DNA of 64,000 nt from Saprolegnia diclina VS20 (taxonomy: Eukaryota), in contig NW_008246091.1 in the NCBI RefSeq assembly GCF_000281045.1, positions 419,474 to 483,473 on the forward strand, given 5' to 3'. This document shows, one piece after another, positions 47,570 through 60,400 of the stretch. How positions within the stretch are numbered: position 1 is the stretch's first letter; every line of letters starts with the position of its first letter. The notes under the pieces are model-generated. The model did no database searches. It was not told the DNA's origin and saw only the letters and a list, made by a program, of their open reading frames with translations. The position numbers and the translations under genes are program-made.

Positions 47570-50500
47570 ATGAGCAGCCGCCAGGTCGATCTGCGCACGG
47601 CCTACGTCCGGGAGGAGTACGTTCCGCCGGCGGCCCGCCCAAAAGAGTACGTCCACCTACTTGAGTCAGCCACGATAATTGCTCGCTACCTTGTAGTGGC
47701 CGACCGCGCAGCGCTGGCCCCGGGGGGGACCCATCCCCGACCAAAGGGCCCGAGCCACGACCGACATCGGCCCACCCGCGCCTGCACGACAAGCACATCG
47801 AGTCGGGGTACATCGTCACGAAGGCCGATTTGCGCCGGAAGCGACCACCCGACGACGTGAGCGACCGCGTTCGTCAAATCTATGCCGACGTGGGCCGCGT
47901 TGCGCGCAAGCCAGCTGCCAAGCGCGACGACGGAGGTCTCCACGAAGCCCTTCTCGCGCTCAAGTACGAGCTCCGGCAAGAGCAAGACCGTCGGCTCAAG
48001 GTCGCGGCCCGCAACCGGCGCCTCGAAGAGGTCCGCTCTTCTGGCATATCAAATTTTTCTATCTCTGGATGTAGGTGATTGCGATGAAAGACAAGAAGCT
48101 CGAAGACGCCCTGTCGCTTCGGTCGACGCACGGACCGCACCAGATGCAGCGCGAAATGGCCGCAAAGGAGCGCACGCACCACCACTTGCTCGGGAAACTG
48201 CGTGAAAAACTGCAGCAAGCAACAACGACGATCGCGGCGTATGAAGACACGCTCAACTCGCTTCGTTCGAGCGTCAAGCACACGCACGTCATGGAGTTGA
48301 ACGAGCGCCTCGCGCAATACGAGATGGAGCTCGACCTCGCCACGTCGCGCTTGGAAGCCCAAGACAAAACGCTCGACCATTATCGCAAGCAGATGGAAGA
48401 TAGGTCCGAGACGGCCGCGCAAAAGACCATCAAGCGCCTCCGGACCGTCGTGCTGAGCTTGAACGACGAGAAGAAGCGCCTCGAGCACGAGAACCGCGTG
48501 CTCAAAGAGTGTTTGTCGACCGAGCGATCGCAGCGCCGGTCGCCCAAGAAACCAAAGCCGCCACCGAAAGCCATCGTGGCGGACGTGCCGACGTCGCCCT
48601 CGAAAGAGCGCTGGGCGAGCCAATCGCTTCGCCGTGAAATCGACGGCAAACTTGCATCCAAGCGGCCACCGAGCGCCGGTGCGGGGCGCCGGCTCGTGGC
48701 CACGATGGCCGGTGGCGCCATCGTGCAACGAAAACCCAACGTCCGCCCTCGACCGCAATCGGTGCCAGCAACGGCGCCGGTAGCCGCGCCAGATATCGCG
48801 GGGACACAGTCAAAAGCGCCGCCAAAAGCAACCGACGATGACGACGACGCGCTGATGGGCGGCGCGGCCGATGAGAGGGTTTTGTTGGACAAAGACGCAA
48901 GAACCAAAATGGATGGCATCGAAGGTACACCCGCTACGACGGCGCCACCGATGCCCTTGTCCGAGACGGCCTCCAATGAGCCCGCAGCCACCACTGCACC
49001 CGAGATGACAACGGCAGGCGTCGACCACCCTGCGGCTAGAACACCAGCACAAGTCACCAAGCCGACATCAAGTCCAGTCAAAACGTCGCCTACTGATGCA
49101 GAAAACACACCCAACCGTACCACAGGCGCCAACCTAGCGACTCGAATGGATCCGGTAGCTGCGTCGGACGAACCGCTTCCGCCACTGACCGCTGTCCAGC
49201 CGCCCGTGAATATTGCGCCACCTGCGCTGAACGAGCAGCCGGTGTTAACGATGGACGAGGGCCTACTTTCAGACTCGGACGACGCCGCCGAGTCAGAGGG
49301 CGGTGACGACATCGAGACCACCGATGTGCCGACGGGCGAGAGCGCACCCAATGGCGACCGCGACGAAGAGAATGAAGGGTACATTGAGCGGGTTCTCAGT
49401 GGCCGGGGTAGTGTCGTCGTCTCGGCGGCCCCCGACGACGACGACGATGATGACACGGACTTTAATGCTCTGATTACTTTCGACACGACGCCTCGAGGTG
49501 ATACGACAGCGTCACCAGCAAAGGTCCACCACCACGAAGACGAGACAGACAGCCACGGGTCCCTCGAGCACGTTCAAACGGCGCTCGATTCGGCCCGACG
49601 ACTCTCCAAGAACGAAGGCTCGTTCAAGCGCAAGGACTCGCTCGAGTTCTTTGACGTACCTGACGTACTCAGTGCCCGTCGACGGACGAGTCCAAACGTC
49701 GATGCGCCGCCGCAGACATTGCATTTACACCGACGATCCGTGCCGGTGCACCCGGTGTTTCCGGTTGTCGCCGACGGACAAACCGACGCCGACACCGCGA
49801 CCGAGGTAGCCGACGCCAACACCGCAGCCGAGGAAGCAGATGCAGCTGAGGCAAGTCTCCTACGCGTCGAATCGGGTGACATTGGAGGTGATGCATCGCG
49901 GCCCGTGACGGCGTCCCCCGTCGAGTCCAACGCAGGGACGGCCTACAGCGACGACACGTTCGACTCGGCGCCGGACCCGACGCTCGGTTCGGACGCCGCG
50001 GCACTGCGCATTCAGTGGTCATTCCGACGTCACAAACGCAAGAAGCACAAAAAGGCCGATGGGAATCCACCGCCCTCCGACCTCAGCAGCCACCATCGAG
50101 ATGCAGACAATACCACCGAGATGCTGGCTATCACCATGGAGACGAACACTGGAAACAGTGTCGACGAGAGCGCCAACGGTACGCACAGCGCTATCAACAG
50201 CGAGCCTGCCAAGCCACCACCAAGCCGCGAGGCATTGACGGCCGGTCCTTCCGACGCCGCATCGACCGAGGATGCAGGCGTCGCTTCAAACCCGACACCA
50301 GACGACGCAGCAACGTGTATTCAAGCCCACGTCCGTCGGTATCTCGGGCGCCAAGCGTCGCGCCTGATGTCGGACGCCGAGACACACGAACAGGACGCCG
50401 AGGCGACGTCGATACCGGTGCAAGAACCAAGTCGTCCGAGAAGTCCGGTGGTGGACAGCACGCAAGTAGCTGTAAAAGAGCATGACGCTGCGGCGCAGAT

Positions 50501-51500
50501 ACAGACAAGCTTCCGCAAGCACGTTCAGCGTCAAGCAACGTTTCGAACCACCCATTCCGCTGCGATCACGATCCAGCGCCACGCCCGAGGACGTCTCGTG
50601 CGGCGTCAACAACACGCGCGCTCCAACTCGACCGCTGCTGCAAGCACAATCCAAGCACGCTACCGGCAGTACTCGTTGCGAAAATACCTTCTCTCGACGG
50701 CGGACGACCTCACGGAGCCGCCTCCTGGCGTCGACACGATCCCAACTTCAAACGCCAACATCGCGGCCGTCGTGTGCGAGCCGTCAGTGTCAGTCGTGCG
50801 ACAGAACGACGACGATAATACGGACACTGTGCAATCAGCGAGCGAGTCGATACCGCTGCCAAGTGCGGAAGCAGACCCAAACTCGGTGCTAGCCACGACG
50901 GACGACGTCTCAGCACCACTGCTGGTGCCGGATACCGATGACAACGTTGGTGCAGATGTACTGACGGACCGCAGTGGCGCTGGACCTCGCATGGATCTTC
51001 CACTCGACATCGAAGACAAAACAGCGACGACGGAGATGGCAACGACCCTGGAACAACCCGACGACAGCTCCGCATCCGGCGATCCATACACGGCCCGGTA
51101 CGACGACGGTGAAGGCTTCGACGGCGACGAGACACCTGCAGCGGGCGACGAGCCAACGGCATCTGGCGATGAACCAACAAGTGCTGGCGACGCCCCCGCC
51201 GAGCCAGATCCGACGGACGACGCGCCCGAGCCAAAAATGCCCCCCGAGACTGGGCGAGAGCTGGAGAATGACTTGTACGATGCAGCGTTTGACGCAGAGA
51301 GCAGCGTTGCGACGCCCAACTCGCACGACGCTGAAGACGCGGCCATGATTGCATCTGTCATGCAAGAAATCGCAGCGGACGACGCGTCCGACGACGGCAG
51401 CAGCCCCAACCCGCTCCAGTACGACGACGAGTTTGAAGACGACGACGACGACGCAGCGCTGGACGCCGACGCCGACTACTTGACCGAACACTCAGAATAA
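47570..51500 (+). CDS. Large coiled-coil / IQ-motif protein with acidic disordered regions
   Basis: N-terminal coiled coil; five IQ-like motifs (RIQWSFRRH, CIQAHVRRY, QIQTSFRKH, TIQRHARGR, TIQARYRQY); introns ~47647-47696 and ~48031-48074. Confidence 0.8.
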
Positions 51501-51508
51501 CGTCTTAT

Positions 51509-51892
51509 TTAACGGCGCGACGATTTCTGCACCGGCGTAAACTCGACGCCGTCGGTCTCGGTTGGGGCCTTGATGGGTTGCTGGGCGAGAATGACGACCG
51601 CATCGTCGATCGTGCAGAGGCGTGTGTAGTAGTCGAAGAGCTCGGCCTCACGCCGGGCGACGTTGGCGGGCGACGACATGTTGTCGAGGATGTGCTTGGG
51701 CGGGAACGGCGGCAGCGTCGTCGTCGGGTCCACCTGCTTGAGGAGCGAGGCGAGGCGCTGGTGCAGCGCCCGGAGCTGGGAGAAGCGGCCATTGAAGCCA
51801 AAGTGAAGCCCGTGGCCACGCATCTCGACGTAGAAGCGGACGGTCTTGGCCGCGGCCTCGACATGGCCCGTCACCGAGAGACCGATCGTCAT
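51509..51892 (-). CDS. Small PX-domain protein
   Basis: RFSQLRALHQRL...LPPFPPKH...RREAELFDY is a PX signature. Confidence 0.8.
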   Translation of the reverse strand: MTIGLSVTGHVEAAAKTVRFYVEMRGHGLHFGFNGRFSQLRALHQRLASLLKQVDPTTTLPPFPPKHILDNMSSPANVARREAELFDYYTRLCTIDDAVVILAQQPIKAPTETDGVEFTPVQKSSRR

Positions 51893-52536
51893 GTCCAACA
51901 CACCAATTCCGTGTGATAGGCATGCCCCGATGTCCTTGAAACGAGGGAACCAAAAGTTCAATTTGTCGTTAAAGCGAGGTGATCCTGCTGCACAAAGCTC
52001 CATGGGCACAAAACACAAGCGCGCGCGTGCAGCGGCCGCGCCTGTCACAGTAGAATCGCTGGCGCCTGCAAATCCGAGTAGCGATTCTTTGAACCACCTC
52101 ATGAACGTTATCAGTCCTGCAATGTTGATCATTCCGCGATGCTGCAGCAAGCTGTTGTGGCCTCTGGGCTGACACGTGACAGTATTGGACCCGAGTGCGA
52201 AGGTTGAAGCGGCTAGCTCTTCCCGGCGACGGCTCTAACAATAACAACCCGCATCTAAGCGAAATCGGGACGATGCACCACCCTCACCGCACAACGGCAA
52301 ATGAATTGGACGTTGACACCACTGGTGCCCTACAAAGAATCCACCAGGTGCACCGTAGGGCAGCAGAGGTTTCACCGCGGTGTCGTTTCCGGCTGAAGGC
52401 CGGTAGCAGTCCGCTGGGCACCGCAACGAAGCGGAGGTCGCGTCCGTCGCACGCGTCCATCACACATTCGCCATGTGCATGTTTGCAGGACAAGTACAGC
52501 AGCTCGGCTTGGTTGCTTTTAATAGGCCGCAGAGAC

Positions 52537-52668
52537 GCCGCGATGTTGTTGTGACGCTGTTACGACGTTGTCGCGACACTATCGTAACATTGTCACGACG
52601 TTGTTACGACGCTGTTACGACGCTGTTGTAACATTGTTGTGACGTTGTCGCGACCTTGTCGTGATGAA
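52537..52668. repeat. Tandem array of twelve 11-bp units (palindromic GTYRYRAC + 3 nt)
   Basis: GCCGCGATGTT GTTGTGACGCT GTTACGACGTT GTCGCGACACT ATCGTAACATT GTCACGACGTT GTTACGACGCT GTTACGACGCT GTTGTAACATT GTTGTGACGTT GTCGCGACCTT GTCGTGATGAA. Confidence 0.9.
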
Positions 52669-52670
52669 GT

Positions 52671-52940
52671 TTGGCGGCGTTACCAAGCGCCTGGACAAGG
52701 CATGAAAATGACATATACGTACTCCTCACGAATGACCCCAGTGTGGCCAAGAGGCAGCTCCTCCAGCACATTGCGACCGTGAGCCCGAGAGACACCTACA
52801 CGACGGGCAAGGGCAGTTGTGGCGTCGGTCTCATGGCCGCGGTCGTGCGCGACCAGATCACCAAGGAGATGACGCTCAATTGCGGCGCGCTTGTGCTGGC
52901 CGACATGGGCATTTGCAGCATCGACGAGTTTGATGAGATC
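52671..52940 (+). pseudogene. MCM7: Decayed internal fragment of an MCM helicase gene (MCM7-like AAA+ core)
   Basis: GGVTKRLD/(frameshift)/[64 protein letters not shown]; Walker A damaged; no rest of gene nearby. Confidence 0.85.
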
Positions 52941-52942
52941 AC

Positions 52943-52979
52943 ACCCTGCCCCAAGAAAACCCGAGGTTTGGGGCAGGGT
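52943..52979. repeat. GC-rich hairpin / mini inverted repeat
   Basis: ACCCTGCCCCAA-13 nt-TTGGGGCAGGGT, perfect 12-bp stem. Confidence 0.85.
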
Positions 52980-53148
52980 ACGTTGAACTTCAATGCACAT
53001 GATCCCGTCCACCGACGAGTCCAAACTACGTCACACGTAGTATAGACAGGCAGTGACGCTTGCTAATATGACTTGCGAGGTCACCTCCCATGGTAACCCG
53101 AGCCCAGTACTAACACCAAAGATAGACTAGATACGTATATGTGTGTCA

Positions 53149-54434
53149 TTAGTGCGTCGTGGCGTACGCCTTGTTGAGTGCGCCGGCAATGACGAGGTGC
53201 TGGATCTCGGACGTGCCTTCGTAGATTTCGGTGATGCGCGCATCGCGGTAGTGGCGCTCGGCCGGCATGTCGGTGACGTAGCCCATGCCGCCGAGGATCT
53301 GGATCGCCTGGTGCGCGTTCTCCGTTGCGACTTCCGACGCCTTGAGCTTGGCCATTGCCGCCTCCTTGGTAAAGTTGCGGCCCGCGTCCTTGGCGATGGC
53401 GGCGCGCCACGTGAGAAGGCGCGCGGCGTCGAGCTCGGTCGCCATCTTGGAGAGCTTGGTCTGGATGATCGGGTTCTTGGCGAGCGGCGTGCCAAACGCG
53501 AGGCGCTGGTGCGCGTACGCGATCGCGCAGTCGAGCGACGCCTGCGCAATGCCGAGCGCCTGCGACGCGATACCGATGCGGCCGCCGTCGAGCGTCGTCA
53601 TGGCGATCTTGAAGCCCTCGCCCTCCTTGCCGAGGAGCGCGCTGTGCGGCACTTCGACGTTTTCGAGGATGAGCTGCGCCGTCGACGACGCACGGATACC
53701 GAGCTTGTCTTCCTTCTTCCCGAGCTGGATCTGGCTCATGGGCACGATGAACGCAGAGATGCCCTTGTGCGCCTTGGCCTTGTCGGTCGTCGCAAAGATG
53801 ATGGCGTTGTCGGCCTCGTGCGCGTTCGTGATCCACATCTTGGTGCCGTTCAGAACGTAGCCCGTGTCCGTCTTGCGCGCGGTCGTCGACGCCGCGCCAG
53901 CGTCCGACCCGTTCCCGGGCTCCGAGAGGCCAAAGCAGCCGAGCTTTTCGCCGGCGGCGAACGGCGTCAAATGCTCTTCCTTCTGCGCCGGCGTGCCGTA
54001 CTTGTCGATCGGCGCCGCATACAGCGAGTTGTTGACCGACATGATGACGCCGGCCGACGCGCACCCGCGGCTAATCTCCTCGAGCGCGATCGAGTACGCG
54101 AGGTAGTCCATGCCGGCGCCGCCGTACTCGCCCGGCACGATGATGCCCATGAGGCCCATTTCGCCCATGGCCTTGATGGCGTCACCCGGGTACAAGTGCT
54201 CGCGGTCCCAGAGACCCGCGTTCGGCGCAAGCTCCTTGTCCGCAAAGAGGCGGCACGTGTCACGGAGCATCGTGTGGTCTTCCGAGAGGTCCTCAAAGCA
54301 GAGCGCGCTCATGGAGCGGCGGGCCGAGCCGGCGGCAGCTCTACACGCCCATGGTCAGGCGCATGCGCATGGCGAGGAGGAGGATCGACGTACTGGCGAA
54401 GGATCGGCGACGCGCGGGCGAGGGACGAGAGCAT
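53149..54434 (-). CDS. ACADS: Mitochondrial short-chain acyl-CoA dehydrogenase
   Basis: Presequence exon [14 protein letters not shown], one intron, then [46 protein letters not shown]. Confidence 0.95.
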
Positions 54435-55046
54435 CTTGCGGTCGGGAGCGCGTGGCCAAAATGCAAAATACGCCAAGATTGGCGAATCCGCAGCCACGCG
54501 ATGTGATTGGCTGAAATGTTGAACTTGCACCGCGAGCGTCGACTCAACGCTGTTGAGTCAACAGACGCTGGCCGTGATGCCAATGCCGGCTTCTCGAAGC
54601 TCTGCCAGGCGCACAGATGGCTCGTTGCAAGCGCATCTTCCGACGTAGCAGGTCTGCCAGGCTCCAGCCTAATGCGACGAGGAGGCTGCCACCGTCACCG
54701 CTCGGCTTCACCCGGCTTCGGCTACGTTGGGCCCATGGCCCAAGCATCCCGCTTGGTCGCTTTCATGCAACGACGCCACTTGGTAGTGCTATCATTGGAC
54801 GTTGCTGTAGCGTCATCCATGCCACCAAGGTGGGCGATATGCGGCCAAGAGATCGTCGGATCGATCCTGCCACAGGATGCCCTTTTATACGTTGCGACGG
54901 ACACGACGCGTCCTATCCTGCTCGACACGAGACGTGCGGCAGCCAGCGCTCTTACGGACCGTGTCCACTCTAGTAGCCTCGCCCAGGCTTCTGCGTCGTC
55001 GTGGCATAGGTCACGCAAGGTCGCCATGTCAACTGCATTTGGCTGT

Positions 55047-56570
55047 CTATCTCTGTTTGGCCAAGAAGGCGTGGAGCACTGCATCAATGTCGTCGATCGA
55101 GTCTTCCAGGCCTTCGAAAGCACTTGGATGACTCTTCTTCTTGGTTTCATTGGCATAGTACGAGTCTTGCGGCTCTGCAAGCGGCCGACCGACATAGGGC
55201 ACGAAGCAGCTCTCAACCTAAGGTCCAAACTTGGTGGAGCTAGCAGCTGAAAAATGTTACCTGAAGAGAGGCGCCGCGGGGCGTGGCTCGATCGCCGCTG
55301 ACGACGGACACGAACGAGCTGCTGCTTTCGAGCTGGTTGGACCTACGCGAAAGGTACCACACACTGCAGCCCGTGTCCACGGCGAGAGCACGTACGGCGC
55401 ATCGAGACTAGGCGTAGGTGGACGAGACGTTGCTGGCGCGAGGGTTCCAAAGCCAAACACCCGTCGTTCTTCTTTGGCAAGTGGCGAGTCGAGCAGTAAA
55501 TTGTTGTTGTTTTTGTTACTGCTGCTGCTCATGCGATGACTGCTTCGTGGCCGAGGCAGCTAGGCACGTCGATAACCACGGCACACGAGACCGTAGAAAC
55601 AACGTACCACATTGAGCGCCTTGGGCGGGTCCATTTGCAGCATGAAATTCGGTTTTTGGTACATTTCCTGTGCTACTATAGACCTCTTGTCGCACGTATC
55701 GAGACGTACCTTGGAGACTTGAAGTTTTTGTTTTCGAGCCTCTTCGATCTACATCAATCATGGTTTAGTAATTGAAGTCGGGACACAGCGTGCTGCACCT
55801 CGTGGCGGAGCCGCTGCACCGCGTCGATTTCCTGAGAAGGACCACCGGTACTATTGCGCGACGGAAAGATGGACGCCGCAGCTGGTAGCGCGGATCCAAA
55901 GACAGACGGTAGCGTAAAGCTGGGTCGGTACGCCGGACTCGCCTGCATCTATAGCAGGTGTGTGAGCTCAGCAATCGTGTTCGTGCTCTCGCACCGGCGA
56001 CGGCTGTTCGGGATACATGGGTCGAGGGGGGGACGGTGCATGCATCACTATCGAGTAAAATATGTTGAGCATGTGGCCTTGATTTGGCGCTATAACGTAC
56101 CTGGTTGACTTGGCGCTGGCACGGGTCCCGGCGCATTCCTACAGCGATGTTTAGACGGTATGTATCGTCCATAGTCCAAAGGACATTGTGTGCTGCGTTT
56201 GTTGTCTCTTTTCAGGGGACAGTGCACGGCGGGGCGGGTCGTTGGGAGGTGGCGGCGCACTGTTCTTTGCACTGGGCTTGCCGCTGTGCATGCGGTCCTA
56301 CGCCATAAATGTCAGAGAAGAAAGGTCAGAGCGAAGGCACCATTTCTTCACGTTCTCGGCGCTGCTCCTCTTGCTTTTGGTGTTTAAGCTGCTCCTTCTT
56401 TTCGTTTTGCTCGCGAATCTACCGTCGCATTCGACGACTACTTTGTACGATTGGGGTGTACCTGCACTTGGAGCATCGCTGCATAGTCGAGCTTGAGGTT
56501 GTGCTTCTCGCTCACCTCGTCCAGCGTTTCCCCCGTAAACATGTTGCGACGACGCGACGCCCTACGAGAA
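55047..56570 (-). CDS. Intron-rich hypothetical protein with N-terminal coiled coil (CCDC66-like segment); start unresolved
   Basis: About ten short exons join in frame through GT..AG introns: KLDYAAMLQVQ|IREQNEKKEQLKHQKQEEQRREREEM ... IDDIDAVLHAFLAKQR*. Confidence 0.55.
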
Positions 56571-57419
56571 ACTTGGTCAAATGATGCGTCGTTCGCGCCG
56601 CAGCCCCCACATGATGATGGCGTCCAGGTGAAAACGGTTTTTGTTGAAAACGAAATGACGGAACGCCCGTCACAAAATACGACTTTTGGCGCACCACGCA
56701 CACCCAGCGTCTCGAGAGGAGCTCCTTCTGAAGATGGTTTGGCGCCCATTCATCGCAAACGAAATGAACCAGCTCACCGAACGCCTATCTGTCGAACGTG
56801 GCGTTCGTATGGGTTCGGTCGCAGCTGGCGGTCCAAGTTGATGACAGGCGGCTGCATCATGCTATCTTAAACCACTTTGGTTGCACAAAGCTAACGGCCA
56901 CGAAAGCACTCGTATACCCTGGGTTTTATCTCTTGCGCAAGAATCCCACTCAAACGCGAGCCATTTTCGTTAAATAGCACTTCTTCAAGCGCCCTGGCTG
57001 GCTTGCAGGTGTGGCCAGCCAGCAGAATAGGGTAAAACCGCAGCTCGATGCATTCATCGACCCTCCAAGTCGATGCTGTCGCGCCTGGGCGACGAAATCA
57101 CCAAGGGAAATATCATTTTTGCTGGCCCTTGCATCACTTTGTTTGCCGTGACGGGTTCTAGCACTATCGTAGGAACCAGCTTGGGGCGACATCTGTCTTG
57201 GGTCAGCGCTTGCGGTTGACTCCCACTGCTTGATCGCTGAGCGTCAGCACCAGCAGCGACATGAAAAAGGCGCCAACACCACGATATCGAAGTTCGAAGT
57301 TATAATCCGAAGTTCGCACATCAAAGCCGGACCAAACCCGGAGTGCGTCGTATATTTCTGTCGCGTCTTGCACCGCTCACTTGGTCTTTTTCTGGATGGG
57401 AATCAGTCCAGGGGCGGAG

Positions 57420-60400
57420 ATGAGCAGCACGGCCACGTCCCCGTCCGCGAAGGAGAAGGAGCGCATCAGCCAGGCTGCGCATGACGAGTGCATGCACGTG
57501 CTCTCGTCGCTCCTCCAGCACGAGGCGCTGCGCAAGGCGACGCTCTCATCGGCGGCCAAGACGGCGCTGCTCGAAGGCGCGTTCGCCGACATCCAGCACG
57601 CCCCGTCCGAGCTGCGTTCGAAGCTGCTCAAGAAGAGCATGGGCCTCGAGAAGGTGCAGTCACTCCTTGGCACGAAGCCGTCGCGCTGCCGCTTCAAGAC
57701 GTGCGAGAAATTCGCCAAAGACGTCCGCGTCGTCTTCCACAACGTGCTCGCGCTGCAAAACTACTGGAAAGACCAGCAGTCGCCGTCGTACGATGCGATT
57801 CTGTACCATACGACGCAAAAGCTGCTGCAGGTATGATCATCTCGAGTGTAAGAACGCGTTGCATCATGCCCCGCGTCGCCAGGACTTTGAGCGCCTTTTC
57901 AACGAACGGCTCTCGCCCCATATTGCGCGGGCGCCGTCGTCGTCGCCCGAGCCAACGCCGCCTTCCGCACCAACGCCCGCACCTGTTGCCGCTCCGTCGC
58001 CGCCACCTGCGACCGCGGCGCGCCTCGACGACGACGACGTGGCCAAGTGCCAGGCGATCGTCCAGAAAATCATGAAGTACAAGGACGGCGGCATGTCGCT
58101 CGCCACGCCGTTCTTCAACCCGGTCGACTTGACGCTGTACGTCGACTACAAGATCAAGGTGCCCCATCGCATGCACCTCTTTGGCGTCCAGCAAAAGCTC
58201 AGCACCGGCTCGTACGCGTCGCTTGTGGCCTTTGCCTACGACATGCGCCTCATCTTCTCCAACTGCCTCGTGTACAACGCCGATGTGATCTTGAGCGGCC
58301 CGATCCGCGACCACGCTGTGAAGCTCCTCCAGGCTTTCGAGTCGCTCATGCTGCAGTCGTTTGGCCAGTCGCGGAATACGTGGCCCGGACTCGCCGACGT
58401 CGACCGGTGGAAGTGCCACCAGATCCTCCACGACATCCTCGCGCATCGCACCAAGCAAGGCCTCGAGTCGGCGCAGTGGTTTAAGTACCCGATTCACGTA
58501 CGCCTTCCCCGATAGCAAAAGTAGAAACTTTATATTTCTCTACCCTAGACCTATTTCGAGTCGGAAGACCAAATCCCGTTCGAGTATTTCAAGATTGTGA
58601 AAAAGCCCATGGACATTGGCACTGTCTCGGTACGTTGCTGTTGTCCGTGTCCGTCATGGCATCTGACGTCCTATGACAGGCGCGTCTGCATTTGGGCGAG
58701 TACAAGGAGCTCGCGCCGTTCGTCTCGGACCTCCGCCGTGTCTTTGAGAACTGCATCAAGTACTGGAAAAACAACCCGGACGGGAAGCAGTACTACAGCG
58801 ACGGCAAGACGCTCCTCAGTCTCTTCAAGAGCAAGGTCACGGCCGCGTTTGGGCCCGCGCTGCTCGAAGACCGCAAGAGCAGCAAGCACCACCACAGTCA
58901 CAGCCACGAAGCATCGGCACCGCCAGCCGTCCCATCGTCTTCGGTACGCACATCTCACGTTCATGGAGATGTAGTCCGCTCATCGACGGAATGTAGAAGC
59001 CGGCCGCGTCGTCGTCGTCGGCATCGGGCGACAGCAAAGGCCGCCGGGCGTTTCAGGAGAAGGACACGTGCCTCAACATCCTGCAGCTCATCCGGAAACA
59101 CACGATGCGCGGGCTCATGGGCGAGATCCTCACGGCGGGCCCGTTCCTTGTCGCTGTCGACGTCACCAAGTACCCCGACTACCTCGCGATCGTGCCCGAG
59201 CCAATGGACTTTGCAAAAATCGAGGTACGGCTTTGTTCAGTGACATCACTCGACACAACGAACGATATGAACTTAGCGCAAGCTCAAGAGCAACCGGTAC
59301 AGCCACGTGTCCGAGTTTGCAGCCGACGTGCACTTGATCTTCTCCAACTGCATGAAGTACAACAGCGATCCGGTCGAAGGCGCCGACATTCGGACCATGG
59401 CCAACAGTCTGCGCGACTACTTTGTGTCGCTTTATGCTGCCATGGTACCCAAGTCTCCACACTTCCTCTCGATCTCATATGTACGTCGATAGGAGCGCGG
59501 CGAGCCGCTGGTTGCGGCCACAGTCTCCTCAAGCTTCCCGCCACCACCGACGGCGACGACCAGTGCCAAGCCGCGCAGCACCAAGCCAATGGCGGACGAC
59601 GTGACGCCCGTGACGTTAGCGTCAACCGCGCTCGAGAGCCACAGTGACAGTGGTGAGAAGAAGAAGAAGAAGGACAAGAAGGACAAGAAGGAAAAGAAGA
59701 AGAAAAAGGACAAAAAGGACAAAAAGAAGGACAAGAAGGACAAACCGCGGTCCGAGGCATCGAGCAGCAGTGCGCCGCCGCCGGTCGTCGCGGTCACGGT
59801 CGCGGCCCCGATCCCGGTTGTCGTACCCGAGAAGGCGTCTCGGAAAGGCGGGTCGTCGGCCTCGAAAGCCTCGTCGTCGTCGTCCAAGTCCAAGGTCAAG
59901 CTCGACTTGTCGCCGTGGGAAACGTCGTGCGAGCGCATCTTGTCGCGATTGAGCAAGATTGAGAGCGTGCACTTGATGCACTTTGACGTGCCGTTGCTGC
60001 GCATCTTCCCGGACCTCGCGGCGTCCTACGAGCGCGTGGTCACTGAGCCCATGGATCTGGGGACGATGCGGCAGCGGCTCCTCGCGCACCAGCTGCCGTC
60101 GGCGGCCGAGTTTGTCCGGCTCGGGCACCTCGTGTTTGCGAACGCCGAGGCGTTCAACGTCGGGAGTGACTCGTCGTCGATCCGTGTGCGGGAAATGGCG
60201 GCGCACTTGCGCTGGTTCTTTGACTCGATGTGCATGGAGCACAAGCTCCTCGACGCCGAGTTGCGTCTTGAGCGCCGCAACGAGCGGTTTCTGGGCGTCC
60301 AGACGCTGCGCTTCACCGAGAGCAAGCCCAACAAAGAGTGCTCGAAAGTGCTCCGCGTCCTTTTGAGTCAAAAGTACCAGAAGTACGCATGGCCGTTTGT

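Noticed and set aside
47722..47728. Possible frameshift at a G7 run in the IQ gene
   Set aside because: Counting codons after the first intron shows the frame is continuous (..SAGPGGDPSPTK..).
51120..51200. 21-nt GDEPT(A/S) repeats
   Set aside because: Ordinary short coding repeat in a disordered tail.
52537..52668. Palindromic repeat array as a CRISPR array
   Set aside because: Units are 11 bp with 3-nt linkers, there are no unique spacers or cas genes, and the context is eukaryotic.
59657..59745. AAG-rich repeat
   Set aside because: Coding low-complexity Lys/Asp tract within the bromodomain gene.
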